A stretch of 28,943 nt of DNA from NCBI RefSeq assembly GCF_006345805.1, contig NW_021833201.1:1-28943 (forward strand), given 5' to 3'. A program made the position numbers and the translations under genes. The DNA comes from Octopus sinensis. Lineage: Eukaryota. The notes under the pieces are model-generated. The model did no database searches and was not told where the DNA came from. It saw only the letters and a list, made by a program, of their open reading frames with translations. Position 1 is the stretch's first letter. The number at the start of each line of letters is the position of its first letter. Below, piece by piece: positions 12,614 through 24,229 of the stretch.

Positions 12614-12820
12614 GGCTGCCAGCTGGCAGAAACGTTAGGACACCAGGCAAAAGTGCTTAGCGGCATTTCGTCCGTCTCAAAGTTCTGCCTTCAAATACCG
12701 CCAGGGTCAACGTTGCTCTTCATCCTTTCGAGGATGATACATTAAGTACCAGTCAAGTTGTGGCGTCGAAGTAATCGAAGGACCCATGCCCCCAAAATTT
12801 CAGGTCTTGTGCCTATTGTT
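12614..12820 (+). mobile_element. tRNA-derived Nin/Deu-domain SINE
   Basis: Head AGCTGGCAGAAACGTTAG, B-box-like TTCAAATACC, and the Nin/Deu-like core GGTCAACGTTGCTCTTCATCCTTTCGAGGATGATACATTAAGTACCAGT. Confidence 0.8.
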
Positions 12821-12825
12821 ATTGC

Positions 12826-13034
12826 TTTCAAGATTTGGCACTAGTCAAGAAATTTGGGGCAGTGGTTAATTCTACTACATCGATCTCATTATTGAACTGG
12901 TACTTAATTTGGTGACACCCAAAACAATGAAAGGCATATTCAACCTAGGCGGAATTTCAAGACAGAACTCTGAAACGGACAAAATGCCGCTAGGCATTTT
13001 TCTAGGCGTCCAAACAATTTCGTCAGCTCGACGG
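12826..13034 (-). mobile_element. Nin/Deu-domain SINE, inverted partner
   Basis: ACTGGTACTTAAT..ATGAAAGGCA..GGCGGAATTT..ACGGACAAAATGCCGCTAGGCATTT is the reverse complement of the same family. Confidence 0.8.
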
Positions 13035-13284
13035 TTGAAGGCAAACAAGATCGGAAATCGAGTTTCTAATTGGCTAAAATATCTGAAATTTAATTGCTTG
13101 AAATTCTTAGAAAATGTAAACTAGATTTTCATCTTGAGCATGCAAACCTGCACGAGTATTTCAGATTCTGATTGGCCGTTTTACTTTTGAAAAGGGATTT
13201 AGACAAAAAAATGAAAGAGATTGGTTAGAAACATGCAACTTTGTTGCCATGGAAATAGACAGAATGACGCTATTAAAACTTCTG

Positions 13285-13316
<32 letters not shown>

Positions 13317-13459
13317 TGTATGTATGTATGTATGTATGTATGTATGTATGGTTATATATGTCTGTATGTATGTAATGTATGTATGTATGTATGTATATAG
13401 TATGTATGTATGTATGTATATATTATGTATGTATAGAATGTATGTATGTATTATGTATG

Positions 13460-13493
<34 letters not shown>

Positions 13494-13562
13494 TGTATAT
13501 ATGTATGTATGTATGTATGTTGTAATATATGTATGGATGTATGTATGTATGTATGTATGTAT
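13285..13562. repeat. (TATG)n field
   Basis: Direct reading; much shorter in copy 2 (~20359-20416). Confidence 0.92.
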
Positions 13563-13805
13563 GTTGTCAAGCAATGCTACTTACAACACAGACACACAAA
13601 CCTATACACACATATATATATATATATATATATAAATGTATATACGACAGGCTTCTTTCAGTTTCCGTCTAGCAAATCCACTCACAAGGCTTTGGTCGAC
13701 CCGGGCTATAGCAGAAGACACTTGCCCAAGATGCCACGCAGTGGGACTGAACCCGAACCATGTGGTTGTTAAGCAAACTACTTACCACACAGCCACTCCT
13801 GCGCC
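13563..13805 (-). mobile_element. OR-type tRNA/CORE SINE, 3'-truncated
   Basis: Minus strand GGCGCAGGAGTGGCTGTGTGGTAAG (A-box-like), GGGTTCAGTCCC (B-box-like), CTTGGGCAAGTGTCTT (CORE-like). Confidence 0.9.
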
Positions 13806-14507
13806 TGTATGTATGTATGTGTGCATGTATGTATGTGTGTATGTTGTAGTATGTGTGTTTGTGTATTGTATGTATGTGTTTGTGTGTATGTATGTATGTA
13901 TGTAATTATGTATGTATGTATGTATGTATGTGTGTATGTATGTATGTAAGCATGTATGTGTGTATGTATATATGTATATATGTATGTATGTATGTGTATG
14001 TATGTATGTATGTATGTATGTATGTATGTATGTATGTATGTATGTATGTATGTATGTATGTACGTGTGTATATCTGTATGTATGTATGTATGTGTGTATG
14101 TATGCATGTGTGTGTATGTATGTATGTACGTATGTGTGAAAGCATGTATGTGTGCATGCATGTATGTATATCTGTATGCATGTAAGTATATCTGTATGTA
14201 TGAATGTACGTATGTGTGTAGGTGTGTATGTATGTATGTATTAATGTATGTGTGTATATCCGAATGTATGTATGTATGTATATATATGATGTAGTATTAA
14301 TGTATGTATGAATGTATGTCTGTATATCTTTTTGTGTGTATGTATGTGTCTAAGTATGTACGCATATCTGTATGTATGTATGTATGTATGTATATATATC
14401 TGTATGTATGTATGTATGTATATCTATATGTATGTATGTATGTATGTATATCTATATGTATGTATGTATGTATGTACATCTGTATGTATGAATGTATTCT
14501 GTATATC

Positions 14508-14539
<32 letters not shown>

Positions 14540-14607
14540 TGTATGTATATATGTATGTATATATTTCTGTATGTATGTCTATCTATATGTATGTATGTAT
14601 GTATTTA
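13806..14607. repeat. Complex (TATG)n field
   Basis: Direct reading. Confidence 0.92.
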
Positions 14608-15010
14608 TACTCTTACTCTTTACTCATTTAATTGTTTCAGTCATTTGACTGCGGCCATGCTAGAGCACCACCTTTAGTCGAGCAAATAGACCCAGTGAGT
14701 TATTCTTTGTAAGCCCAGTACTTATTCTATCGGTATCTGTTGCCGAACCGCTAAGTGAGGGGTATGTAAACACACCAGCATCGGTTGTCAAGCAATGCTA
14801 GGGTGACAAACACAGACACACAAACATATACACACATACATACATATATATATATATATAATATACATATATACGACAGGCTTCTTTCAAGGTTTTGGTC
14901 GGCCCGGGGCTATAGCAGAAGACACTTGCCAAAGATGCCACGCAGTGGGACTGAACCCGGGACCATGTGGTTGTTAAGCAAACTACTTACCACACAGCCA
15001 CTCCTGCGCC
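14608..15010 (-). mobile_element. OR-type SINE, near full-length (26-bp deletion at ~14889)
   Basis: Head, CORE, central microsatellite and AAAGAGT-repeat tail. Confidence 0.92.
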
Positions 15011-15579
15011 TGTATGTATGTATGTGTGTATGTATGTATGTATGTGTTTATGTATGTATGTATGTATGAACTAAAGCCAGCTGGGAATGAAGTAGGGATA
15101 CTTAAATATCTGATATTTACTTGCTTGAAATTCTTAGAAAATATAAACTAGATTTTCATCATTAGCATTTCAGGTTCTGATTGGCCATTTTACTTTAGAA
15201 ACAGGATGTTGCCATGGAAATAGACTGAATGACGCAATTGAAACTTGCTGAATTTTATCTAAACTGGGTAACACCCACACATACCTAGACATACACACTA
15301 TAGCACACACATACATAAACCCATCAACATACAAACTACAACATACACACGCATATATCTAACTACAACATACACACATGGCACACCGGAATGTGTATAG
15401 AAATCGTCTTATCTGGTTACATGAGAATAATTTGCTTTTCTGTGTGTCGTTAGGGTGGGGGTTATTCAGGGTGCAGTATTACTCAAATGCATGACTTGAC
15501 CCACTTCTCACTTGCCAATTAAATTTATTCAGAATTACAAGTAGATTTCTCAGAATAAGCTTTTTGTTGTTTTATGTAG

Positions 15580-16080
15580 GTATGTATATATATGTATGTA
15601 TGTAATGTATGTATGTACATCTGTATGTATGTATGTATGTATATCTTTATGTATGTATGTATGTATGTATGTATGTATGTATATCTTTATGTATGTATGT
15701 ACGTATGTGTGTATGTATGTATGTATATATGTGTATGTATGTATATCTGTATGTATGTATAACTGTATGTATATATGTATGTATGTGTGTATGTATGTAT
15801 GTATGTATGTACGTATGTGTGTATGTGCATATGTATGCATGTATGTATGTGTATGTATGTGTATGTATGTATATCTGTATATACGTATAACTGTATGTAT
15901 GTATAACTGTATGTATGTATGTATGTATGTATGTATGTATGACATCTGTATGTGCGTATGCACATCTGTATGTATGTGTGTATGTATGTATATGTGTATC
16001 TGTATGTATGTGTGTGTATGTATGTATGTATATCTGTATGTATGTATATCTATATATATCTATATGTATATATGTATGTA
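15580..16080. repeat. Complex (TATG)n field
   Basis: Direct reading. Confidence 0.92.
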
Positions 16081-16300
16081 TACTCTTCCTCTTTACTCTT
16101 TTACTGGTTTCAGTCGCTTGACTGCGGCCATGCTGGAGCACCGCCTTTAGTCCAGCAAATCGACCCCGGGAGTTATTCTTTGTAAGCCCAGTACTTATTC
16201 TATCGGTCTCTGTTACTGGACCGCTAAGTGACGGGTATGTAAACACACCAGCATCGGTTGTCAAGCAATGCTAGGTGGACAAACACAGACACACAAACAT

Positions 16301-16363
<63 letters not shown>

Positions 16364-16528
16364 TACGACAGGCTTTTTTCAGTTTCCGTCTACCAAATCC
16401 ACTCACAAGGCTTTGGTCGGCCCGAGGCTATAGCAGAAGACACTTGCCCAAGATGCCATGCAGTGGGACTGAACCCGGAACCAAGTGGTTTTTAAGCAAA
16501 CTGCTTCCCACACAGCCACTCCTGCGCC
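16081..16528 (-). mobile_element. OR-type SINE, full-length
   Basis: A/B-box head, CORE-like block, internal (TA)n(TG)n, 3' domain and AAAAGAGT tail. Confidence 0.93.
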
Positions 16529-16562
16529 TGTATGTATGTATGTATGTATGTGTGTATGTATG

Positions 16563-16918
16563 TACTAAAGCCAGCTGCGAATGAAGTAGGGATATTTCCA
16601 GAGAAGCACTCAACCCGAATACTGCCGGCATCAAATACTCTTCTACGAATTGTTCTTTGGTTAGGAACCTTGTCTTCTTGCGTTCAACCAGCTTGAATAG
16701 CTTCGGAAGAATTTCTGGTAAACTGGCTACAATGATAGCGTCATCCATTCGCTTGGTAGAGATTTGGGGGCGATCTGTACGCATATCAAATCCATATTTT
16801 AAATGGGTTTCGAGTTGTTTATTGACTTTGAAACAGTTCTCTGTGTCAGTTTTAATCTTTCACCAATTTGTCGAGTGCTGCATACTTCTTCGTACAGAAT
16901 ATTTATTTCAGCATTAGT
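16563..16918 (-). pseudogene. Decayed coding fragment of unknown, probably TE (gag/ORF1-like) origin
   Basis: Non-repetitive ~100-codon frame KIKTDTENCFKVNKQLETHLKYGFDMRTDRPQISTKRMDDAIIVASLPEILPKLFKLVERKKTRFLTKEQFVEEYLMPAVFGLSASLEISLLHSQLAL, cut by (TATG)n, with a probable frameshifted upstream part. Family not recognised. Confidence 0.35.
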
Positions 16919-17069
16919 TCACGACGAAAATCTTTGACTAGCTATTCTTTACAACGACAGGAAGATGACTAACAAGAAGGAAGAATATGTGTTTGTGACA
17001 ACCTATCAGAGATTGGATCGGTCAATCAGAAAACATCAACAGATCAAGGCTCACGCAGAAATCACGATC

Positions 17070-17501
17070 ATGACCAATCAAAGCATTGGAGGTACTGATC
17101 TATCAAATGGAGGGGGTTCAAAACCATCATCTTGTTTGAAAATAGTTGAAAAAGCCTCGGCAAATAATTGACTCTGTTGATAAGGGTCCTCAATCGATAC
17201 GCCTGTTGAGTCTACCAACGTTGCAATTTGGTTGCTCAAGCGGGAATTCCGTTGGACATGGGCAAATAAGGTTTTTGGATTGCTACTCTGGCGTTTGCCG
17301 CGATTCCGCATTCATATCTGAAGCGTTCTTCCTTTTCAATTTTCACGGCTCGGTCACGTTGAGTTTGTACACCTTAAAAGCTGCAGTCGAATCCAGATTT
17401 TTTAATTCAGCCCAAGCAATATCTCTGAGTTGAAGTTCTCGTTTAACCTTCTTCGTCAGCCAGGGCTTGTGTTTCTTCTTCTTGGGAAGCCCAACGGGAA
17501 C
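17070..17501 (-). mobile_element. Duplicated 5' piece of the CR1 LINE
   Basis: Identical to 10032-10461 except for a 2-bp insertion near 17287. Confidence 0.92.
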
Positions 17502-17511
17502 TAAATATATA

Positions 17512-18439
17512 TGTAGCTGGAGGAAATCGATTAGTAAACAATATTATTTTATGTCGGAGTTAGCAGTTGTAACGATAAAAATTATATATAATTGCATACT
17601 GTAGGATGTGAAAGATGAACAATGCATGAAATTTGAAGGAAATATTTATTTACCATTACGAATTGTAACGTAACGGTAAATAAATATTCAGATATTGCTT
17701 GGGCTGAATTCAAAAATCTGGATTCGACTGCAGCTTTTGAGGTGTACAAAACTCAATGTGACCGAGCCGTGAAAATTGAAAAGGAAGAACGCTTCAGATA
17801 TGAATACAGAATCGAGGCAAACTTTATATCGCATGATTTTTGATCTATTATAACCTGTTCGACGAACAGGTTATAATAGATCAAAAAGCATGCAATATAA
17901 AGTTTGTGCTTGTGTCCTTTTCATTGTTTAGTAGTAATTACCGAGAGAGATAGAATGATGTCGTAAGAAAACAGAATTAGAGCTAGTGGGAGTTGTAGCG
18001 TGTTGCCTCACAGTTGCTGACAGTAAACTTCATTTCTCGCTCTGACCAAGGTTCTAGGTGGTCAGCCAGACTTCGTTGTCACCAAAGTGACTAACTGATT
18101 GAGTCGTCACCATATGACTGGACAAGTTGCGTCGTCACCGACTGATTTTTGCTTGGGGTATCCTTGCGTTTATCCAGAAGGATAGATATATCATTGAGAA
18201 CAATAGATTTAGTTGGTGCTCTTGTTATCCATATTCTAGCTTTTGGTGATGTAGAATAGGTTAGAAGGGTCAAGTGATGAAGACATTGATTTCGGACTAG
18301 CTAAAGGCATCTGGAAAATGTAAAACTGCTGTCACAGAAAAACCATTGTTCTACTATGTGGAAAGATCTGTTGCACCGTTAGTTTAAATTTAGTTATGGT
18401 GGATCGAATCCACTTCATGCATGCAAGATCCCCTATTCA
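17512..18439 (-). mobile_element. Solo-LTR-like repeat (duplicate), containing inverted LINE piece 17690-17822
   Basis: Paralog of 10472-11378. Confidence 0.5.
17818..17906. repeat. Near-perfect hairpin: 43-bp arms (2 mismatches), 3-nt loop
   Basis: CAAACTTTATATCGCATGATTTTTGATCTATTATAACCTGTTC-gac-GAACAGGTTATAATAGATCAAAAAGCATGCAATATAAAGTTTG. Confidence 0.95.
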
Positions 18440-18594
18440 GACATGTGTTTGTTTGTTAGAAATGTTGAGCTGATGAACAATAAAATACGGTTTTTTTCCA
18501 CAAGTTGAGTCGGGCAGACATATTTAAAGAAACGCATGAATAAATCTTTGCAGTTCACTGTTATTTTTTATTCTTAAATTCTTGTGTACAAGTA

Positions 18595-19678
18595 CCGTAA
18601 TTGCCAGTGTATAAGCCTCACTCACGATTTTCAGTCCCCGACTGGAGAAAACGTGGGGAAACCGGGAGATAACTGGGACTTATGAAAATAGAGAAATGCG
18701 AGATGAATAGAAACTTCAATTTCATGATGATTTCATACTTAACAAACATTTCCGACTGCAATCATTGATACTCATAATTATTAATGGAAGAAGATAAAGT
18801 CCAGGTTTTAAATGTAAGAGATAATAAGAGAACGTCTTTTTATTATGTGTATTTATTATGATTTATTCATATTGCGATCTTTATATTCTTTCTTGAAAAT
18901 GGGTGGTCCTGAAAAGGACCGACCCTAATGGGTAGAGACTTCACTCAAAGTCTAAGAACTCTTCGTCGTCAGACCTCGTGGGGTTGATCGTCTGCCAGTT
19001 CATCCTCGTCATCGCTGGAGTCAGAAGAGTCGGTAGAGAGAGCTTCGCCTTCCCATAACATGTCATCTTCTTCCCGTCGAGCGCATTGGAGATGCAGCAC
19101 TTCAGGAAAGCCCATTTTTCTGGAATCTCCTCCACTAGCAGATCGTCTGGAATTTCCTCCACTAGCAGGATCCATTTGCAGATCGTCCCCAAGTCTTTCT
19201 TCGTACGCCCGGTCGTTGGCCATCCAATCCTCCCAGCGGTGTTTCAGACGGTCCTTATACAGTTCGCTGATTGCAACATCAAGGGGTTGAAGAAAGGATG
19301 TCATTCCCCGGTAATCATTGTCACGTCGATGTTCAGACGACGTATCTTCACCCTGGTTTCTTCTGACTTGTGGCATCTGAATGTATCCAGGACCAGGAGA
19401 CTCCTTCTCTGATGCAGTCCACTGATGCGCCGAACCCACACTACAAGAAACCAGTCCTCGATGAGTGCCTCGCCTATCCAAGCTTTCGCGTAGGCTTCAA
19501 CAATGATCCCCTTCCTGAAACTTGGCGTCTTTGGATAGTATCTTCCTCTTAAAAATGACCTACGGTAGCAGCTTTCCCCTATCAGCCGTGCAAGCCAGGA
19601 TCATCGTAAAACCGACTTTCTAGTGGCCCTTCGTGACGATTTCTATTGTCTTCTCCCCTTTCTCAGAAATAGTTCTTT
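18595..19678 (-). mobile_element. pogo/Tigger transposon relic (duplicate)
   Basis: Paralog of 11535-12606. Confidence 0.88.
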
Positions 19679-19685
19679 CTACTAC

Positions 19686-20106
19686 GGCTGCCAGCTGGCA
19701 GAAACGTTAGGACACCAGGCAAAAGTGCTTAGCGGCATTTCGTCCGTCTCAAAGTTCTGCCTTCAAATACCGCCAGGGTCAACGTTGCTCTTCATCCTTT
19801 CGAGGATGATACATTAATTACCAGTCAAGTTGTGGCGTCGAAGTAATCGAAGGACCCATGCCCCCAAAATTTCAGGTCTTGTGCCTATTGTTATTGCTTT
19901 CAAGATTTGGCACTAGTCAAGAAATTTGGGGCAGTGGTTAATTCTACTACATCGATCTCATTATTGAACTGGTACTTAATTTGGTGACACCCAAAACAAT
20001 GAAAGGCATATTCAACCTAGGCGGAATTTCAAGACAGAACTCTGAAACGGACAAAATGCCGCTAAGCATTTTTCTAGGCGTCCAAACAATTTCGTCAGCT
20101 CGACGG
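19686..20106. mobile_element. Inverted pair of Nin/Deu-domain SINEs (duplicate)
   Basis: Paralog of 12614-13034. Confidence 0.8.
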
Positions 20107-20387
20107 TTGAAGGCAAACAAGATCGGAAATCGAGTTTCTAATTGGCTAAAATATCTGAAATTTAATTGCTTGAAATTCTTAGAAAATGTAAACTAGATTT
20201 TCATCTTGAGCATGCAAAACTGCACGAGTATTTCAGATTCTGATTGGCCGTTTTACTTTTGAAAAGGGATTTAGACAAAAAAAATGAAAAGAGATTGGTT
20301 GAGAAACATGCAACTTTGTTGCCATGGAAATAGACAGAATGACGCTATTAAAACTTCTGTATATATGTATGTATATATGTATGTATG

Positions 20388-20416
<29 letters not shown>

Positions 20417-20418
<2 letters not shown>

Positions 20419-20656
20419 TGTCAAGCAATGCTAGGGTGACAAACACAGACACACAAACATATACACACATATATATATATATATAAATATATACGACAGG
20501 CTTCTTTCAGTTTCCGTCTACCAAATCCACTCACAAGGCTTTGGTCGACCCGGGGCTATAGCAGAAGACACTTGCCCAAGATGCCACGCAGTGGGACTGA
20601 ACCCGGAACCATGTGGTTGTTAAGCAAACTACTTACCACACAGCCACTCCTGCGCC
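20417..20656 (-). mobile_element. OR-type SINE, 3'-truncated (duplicate)
   Basis: Paralog of 13563-13805. Confidence 0.9.
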
Positions 20657-21362
20657 TGTATGTATGTATGTGTGCATGTATGTATGTGTGTATGTATGTA
20701 TGTGTGTACGTATGTATGTGTTTGTGTGTATGTATGTATGTATGTAATTATGTATGTATGTATGTATGTATGCATGTATGTGTGTATGTATGTATGTAAG
20801 CATGTATGTGTGTATGTATATATGTATATATGTATGTATGTATGTGTATGTATGTATGTATGTGTGTTTGTATGTGTGTTTGTATGTGTGTGTGTATGTA
20901 TGTATGTATGTGTGTATGTATGCATGTGTGTGTATGTATGTATGTACGTATGTGTGTATGTGTGAAAGCATGTATGTGTGCATGCATGTATGTATATCTG
21001 TATGTATGTATATCTGTATGCATGTAAGTATATCTGTATGTATGAATGTACGTATGTGTGTAGGTGTGTATGTATGTATGTATTAATGTATGTGTGTATA
21101 TCCGAATGTATGTATGTATGTATATCTATATGAATGTATGTATGAATGTATGTCTGTATATCTTTTTGTGTGTATGTATGTGTCTAAGTATGTACGTATA
21201 TCTGTATGTATGTATGTATGTATGTATGTATGTATATATATCTGTATGTATGTATGTATGTATATATATCTGTATGTATGTATGTATGTATGTATATCTA
21301 TATGTATGTATGTATGTATGTATGTATATCTATATGTATGTATGTATGTATGTATGTATATC

Positions 21363-21394
<32 letters not shown>

Positions 21395-21532
21395 TGTGTG
21401 TATGTATGTATGTTGTATGTATGAATGTATTCTGTATATCTATATGTATGTATGTATGTATGTATGTATATCTATATGTATGTATATATTTCTGTATGTA
21501 TGTCTATCTATATGTATGTATGTATGTATTTA

Positions 21533-21959
21533 TACTCTTACTCTTTACTCATTTAATTGTTTCAGTCATTTGACTGCGGCCATGCTAGAGCACCACCTTT
21601 AGTCGAGCAAATAGACCCAGTGAGTAATTCTTTGTAAGCCCAGTACTATTCTATCGTATATCTGTTGCCGAACCGCTAAGTGAGGGGTATGTAAACACAC
21701 CAGCATCGGTTGTCAAGCAATGCTAGGGTGACAAACACAGACACCAAAACATATACACACATACATACATATATATATATATAATATACATATATACGAC
21801 AGGCTTCTTTCAGTTTCCGTCTACCAAATCCACTCACAAGGTTTTGGTCGGCCCGGGGCTATAGCAGAAGACACTTGCCCAAGATGCCACGCAGTGGGAC
21901 TGAACCCGGGACCATGTGGTTGTTAAGCAAACTACTTACCACACAGCCACTCCTGCGCC
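21533..21959 (-). mobile_element. OR-type SINE, full-length (duplicate, without the 26-bp deletion)
   Basis: Paralog of 14608-15010. Confidence 0.92.
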
Positions 21960-22017
21960 TGTATGTATGTATGTGTGTATGTATGTATGTATGTGTTTAT
22001 GTATGTATGTATGTATG

Positions 22018-22049
<32 letters not shown>

Positions 22050-23049
22050 CTAAAGCCAGCTGGGAATGAAGTAGGGATATGTAAATATCTGATATTTACT
22101 TGCTTGAAATTCTTAGAAAATATAAACTAGATTTTCATCATTAGCATTTCAGGTTCTGATTGGCCATTTTACTTTAGAAACAGGATGTTGCCATGGAAAT
22201 AGACTGAATGACGCAATTGAAACTTGCTGAATTTTATCTAAACTGGGTAACACCCACACATACCTAGACATACACACTATAGCACACACATACATAAACC
22301 CATCAACATACAAACTACAACATACACACGCATATATCTAACTACAACATACACACATGGCACGCCAGAATGTGTATAGAAATCCTCTTATCTGGTTACA
22401 TGAGAATAATTTGCTTTTCTGTGTGTCGTTAGGGTGGGGGTTATTCAGGGTGCAGTATTCCTCAAATGCATGACTTGACCCACTTCTCACTTGCCACTTA
22501 AAGTTATTCAGAATTATCAGCTTTTTGTTGTTTTATGTAGGTATGTATATATATGTATGTATGTAATGTATGTAATGTATGTATGTACATCTGTATGTAT
22601 GTATGTATGTATATCTTTATGTATGTATGTATGTATGTATGTATGTATGTATGTATGTATGTACGTATGTGTGTATGTATGTATGTATATATGTGTATGT
22701 ATGTATATCTGTATGTATGTATAACTGTATGTATATATGTATGTATGTGTGTATGTATGTATGTATGTATATCTTTATGTATGTATGTATGTATGTGTGT
22801 ATGTGCATATGTATGTATGTATGTATGTGTATGTATGTATATCTGTATATACGTATAACTGTATGTATGTATAACTGTATGTATGTATGTATGTATGTAT
22901 GTATGTACATCTGTATGTGTGTATGCACATCTGTATGTATGTGTGTATGTATGTATATGTGTATCTGTATGTATGTATGTGTGTGTATGTATGTATGTAT
23001 ATCTGTATGTATGTATATCTATATATATCTATATGTATATATGTATGTA

Positions 23050-23265
23050 TACTCTTCCTCTTTACTCTTTTACTGGTTTCAGTCGCTTGACTGCGGCCAT
23101 GCTGGAGCACCGCCTTTAGTCCAGCAAATTGACCCCGGGAGTCATTCTTTGTAAGCCTAGTACTTATTCTATCGGTCTCTGTTACTGGACCGCTAAGTGA
23201 CGGGTATGTAAACACACCAGCATCGGTTGTCAAGCAATGCTAGGTGGACAAACACAGACACACAA

Positions 23266-23343
<78 letters not shown>

Positions 23344-23512
23344 TATATACGACAGGCTTCTTTCAGTTTCCGTCTACCAAATCCACTCACAAGGCTTCGG
23401 TCGGCCCGAGGCTATAGCAGAAGACACTTGCCCAAGATGCCACGCAGTGGGACTGAACCCGGAACCAAGTGATTTTTAAGCAAACTGCTTCCCACACAGC
23501 CACTCCTGCGCC
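23050..23512 (-). mobile_element. OR-type SINE, full-length (duplicate)
   Basis: Paralog of 16081-16528. Confidence 0.93.
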
Positions 23513-23590
23513 TGTATGTATGTATGTATGTATGTATGTATGTATGTGTGTATGTATGTGTGTATGTATGTATGTATGGGTGTATGTATG

Positions 23591-24206
23591 TACTAAAGCC
23601 AGCTGCGAATGAAGTAGGGATATTTCCAGAGAAGCACTCAACCCGAATACTGCCGGCATCAAATACTCTTCTACGAATTGTTCTTTGGTTAGGAACCTTG
23701 TCTTCTTGCGTTCAACCAGCTTGTATGGCTTCGGAAGACTTTCTGGTAAACTGGCTACAATGATAGCGTCATCCATTCGCTTGGTAGAGATTTGGGGGCG
23801 ATCTGTACGCATATCAAATCCATATTTTAAATGGGTTTCGAGTTGTTCATTGACTTTGAAACAGTTCTCTGTGTCATTTTAATCTTTCATCTTTCACCAA
23901 TTTGTCGAGTGCTGCATACTTCTTCGTACAGAATATTTATTTCAGCATTAGTTCACGATGAAAATCTTTGACTAGCTATTCTTTACAACGACAGGAAGAT
24001 GACTAACAAGAAGGAAGAATATGTGTTTAGTGACAACCTATCAGAGATTGGATCGGTCAATCAGAAAACTTCAACAGATCAGGCTCAAGCAGAAATCACG
24101 ATCATACTGACTGATAAAAGAGATTTGAAGCATCGACTAATGATTAGATATAGCATCATTTGGGTGGATTGTTGTTTATAAGTCCGTGAGTCGTCCATTC
24201 CGGCCA
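23591..24206 (-). pseudogene. Unknown decayed coding element (duplicate, with native upstream flank)
   Basis: Paralog of 16563-17069, continuing to 24206 where a (TA)n tract begins. Confidence 0.35.
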
Positions 24207-24229
24207 TATATATATATATATATATATAT

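Larger units (their letters stand above)
10032..17069 (+). repeat. ~7.04 kb tandem segmental duplication, copy 1
   Basis: Colinear, near-identical to 17070-24105 outside microsatellites; duplicated ORF translations in the track confirm this. Confidence 0.95.
17070..24105 (+). repeat. ~7.04 kb tandem segmental duplication, copy 2
   Basis: Starts ATGACCAATCAAAGC (=10032) and ends GCAGAAATCACGATCAT (=17055-17071). Confidence 0.95.

Noticed and set aside
16460-16528. tRNA gene
   Set aside because: A/B boxes are present but there is no cloverleaf; it continues into the SINE body.
4312-23233. Dozens of MYVC-, HTYI-, YIYI- and YLSI-repeat ORFs
   Set aside because: They are translations of stop-free microsatellites, not proteins.
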